Below, in pieces: positions 63,790 to 64,000 of a stretch of DNA of 64,000 nucleotides. Below the pieces are notes generated by a model that worked only from the letters and a program-made list of their open reading frames with translations, was not told the DNA's origin and did no database searches. How positions within the stretch are numbered: position 1 is the first letter of the stretch; each line of letters starts with the position of its first letter. Source of the DNA: a bacterium (lineage in GTDB: Bacteria; SAR324; NAC60-12); NCBI GenBank assembly GCA_965205865.1, contig CBDBHR010000026.1, positions 64,001 to 128,000 of the forward strand, read 5' to 3'. The translations under genes were made by a program, and so were the position numbers.

Positions 63790-64000
63790 ATGGTACGAAC
63801 AAACCAGATCACTCGCTTAGTCCCGACAATGCGAAGAGGCTCTTTTGGGGAGTTCCTCTACCGATTGTACAAAGAGAAGAAGTTGGGCTTTTTGGGCGCC
63901 ATTATCGTGATCCTCTTTTTTCTGATCGGAGTGTTCGCTCCCCTCATTGCACCAGAGGATGTCTACCAGATGAAAATGCGCAATCGCTTGAAACCGCCGT
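63790..64000 (+). CDS. DppC/OppC-like permease, 5' part (runs off window end)
   Basis: MVRTNQ..LYKEKKLGFLGAIIVILFFLIGVFAPLIAP..NRLKPP. Confidence 0.8.
   Translation, partial: MVRTNQITRLVPTMRRGSFGEFLYRLYKEKKLGFLGAIIVILFFLIGVFAPLIAPEDVYQMKMRNRLKPP

Noticed and set aside
1-64000. tRNA, rRNA or riboswitch
   Set aside because: None recognised by eye; a covariance-model scan (tRNAscan-SE, Rfam) is needed to exclude them

Overview
Bacterial chromosomal window, plausibly from a deltaproteobacterial/SAR324-like genome (inferred from gene content and style; not verified). It has two parts. (1) An accessory, decaying island at ~3-33 kb: peptide/nickel-type ABC transporter genes, at least five IS elements whose terminal repeats can be read directly (four also with target duplications), a dead REP-associated tyrosine transposase, toxin-antitoxin remnants, and a co-oriented mosaic of catabolic genes (amidase, TauD and PhyH dioxygenases, SDRs, aldolase, MBL hydrolase) with sharp GC shifts and many pseudogenes. 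(2) A mostly intact backbone: msrPQ, cobST, msrB, a sigma54 two-component pair, acnA, an EF-G paralogue, carB, glpK and xylB. The most notable signal is a B12-binding radical SAM gene (36104-37522). Its apparent stop is an in-frame UGA in a YC-U-AEP tail, followed 12 nt later by a SECIS-like hairpin, so it is probably a selenoprotein truncated by the ORF caller. It sits in a locus with a rhodanese-NfuA fusion, CobS/CobT and an ATP-grasp ligase. Several families of palindromic repeats and a 196-bp MITE are also present. No rRNA, tRNA or CRISPR array was recognised.
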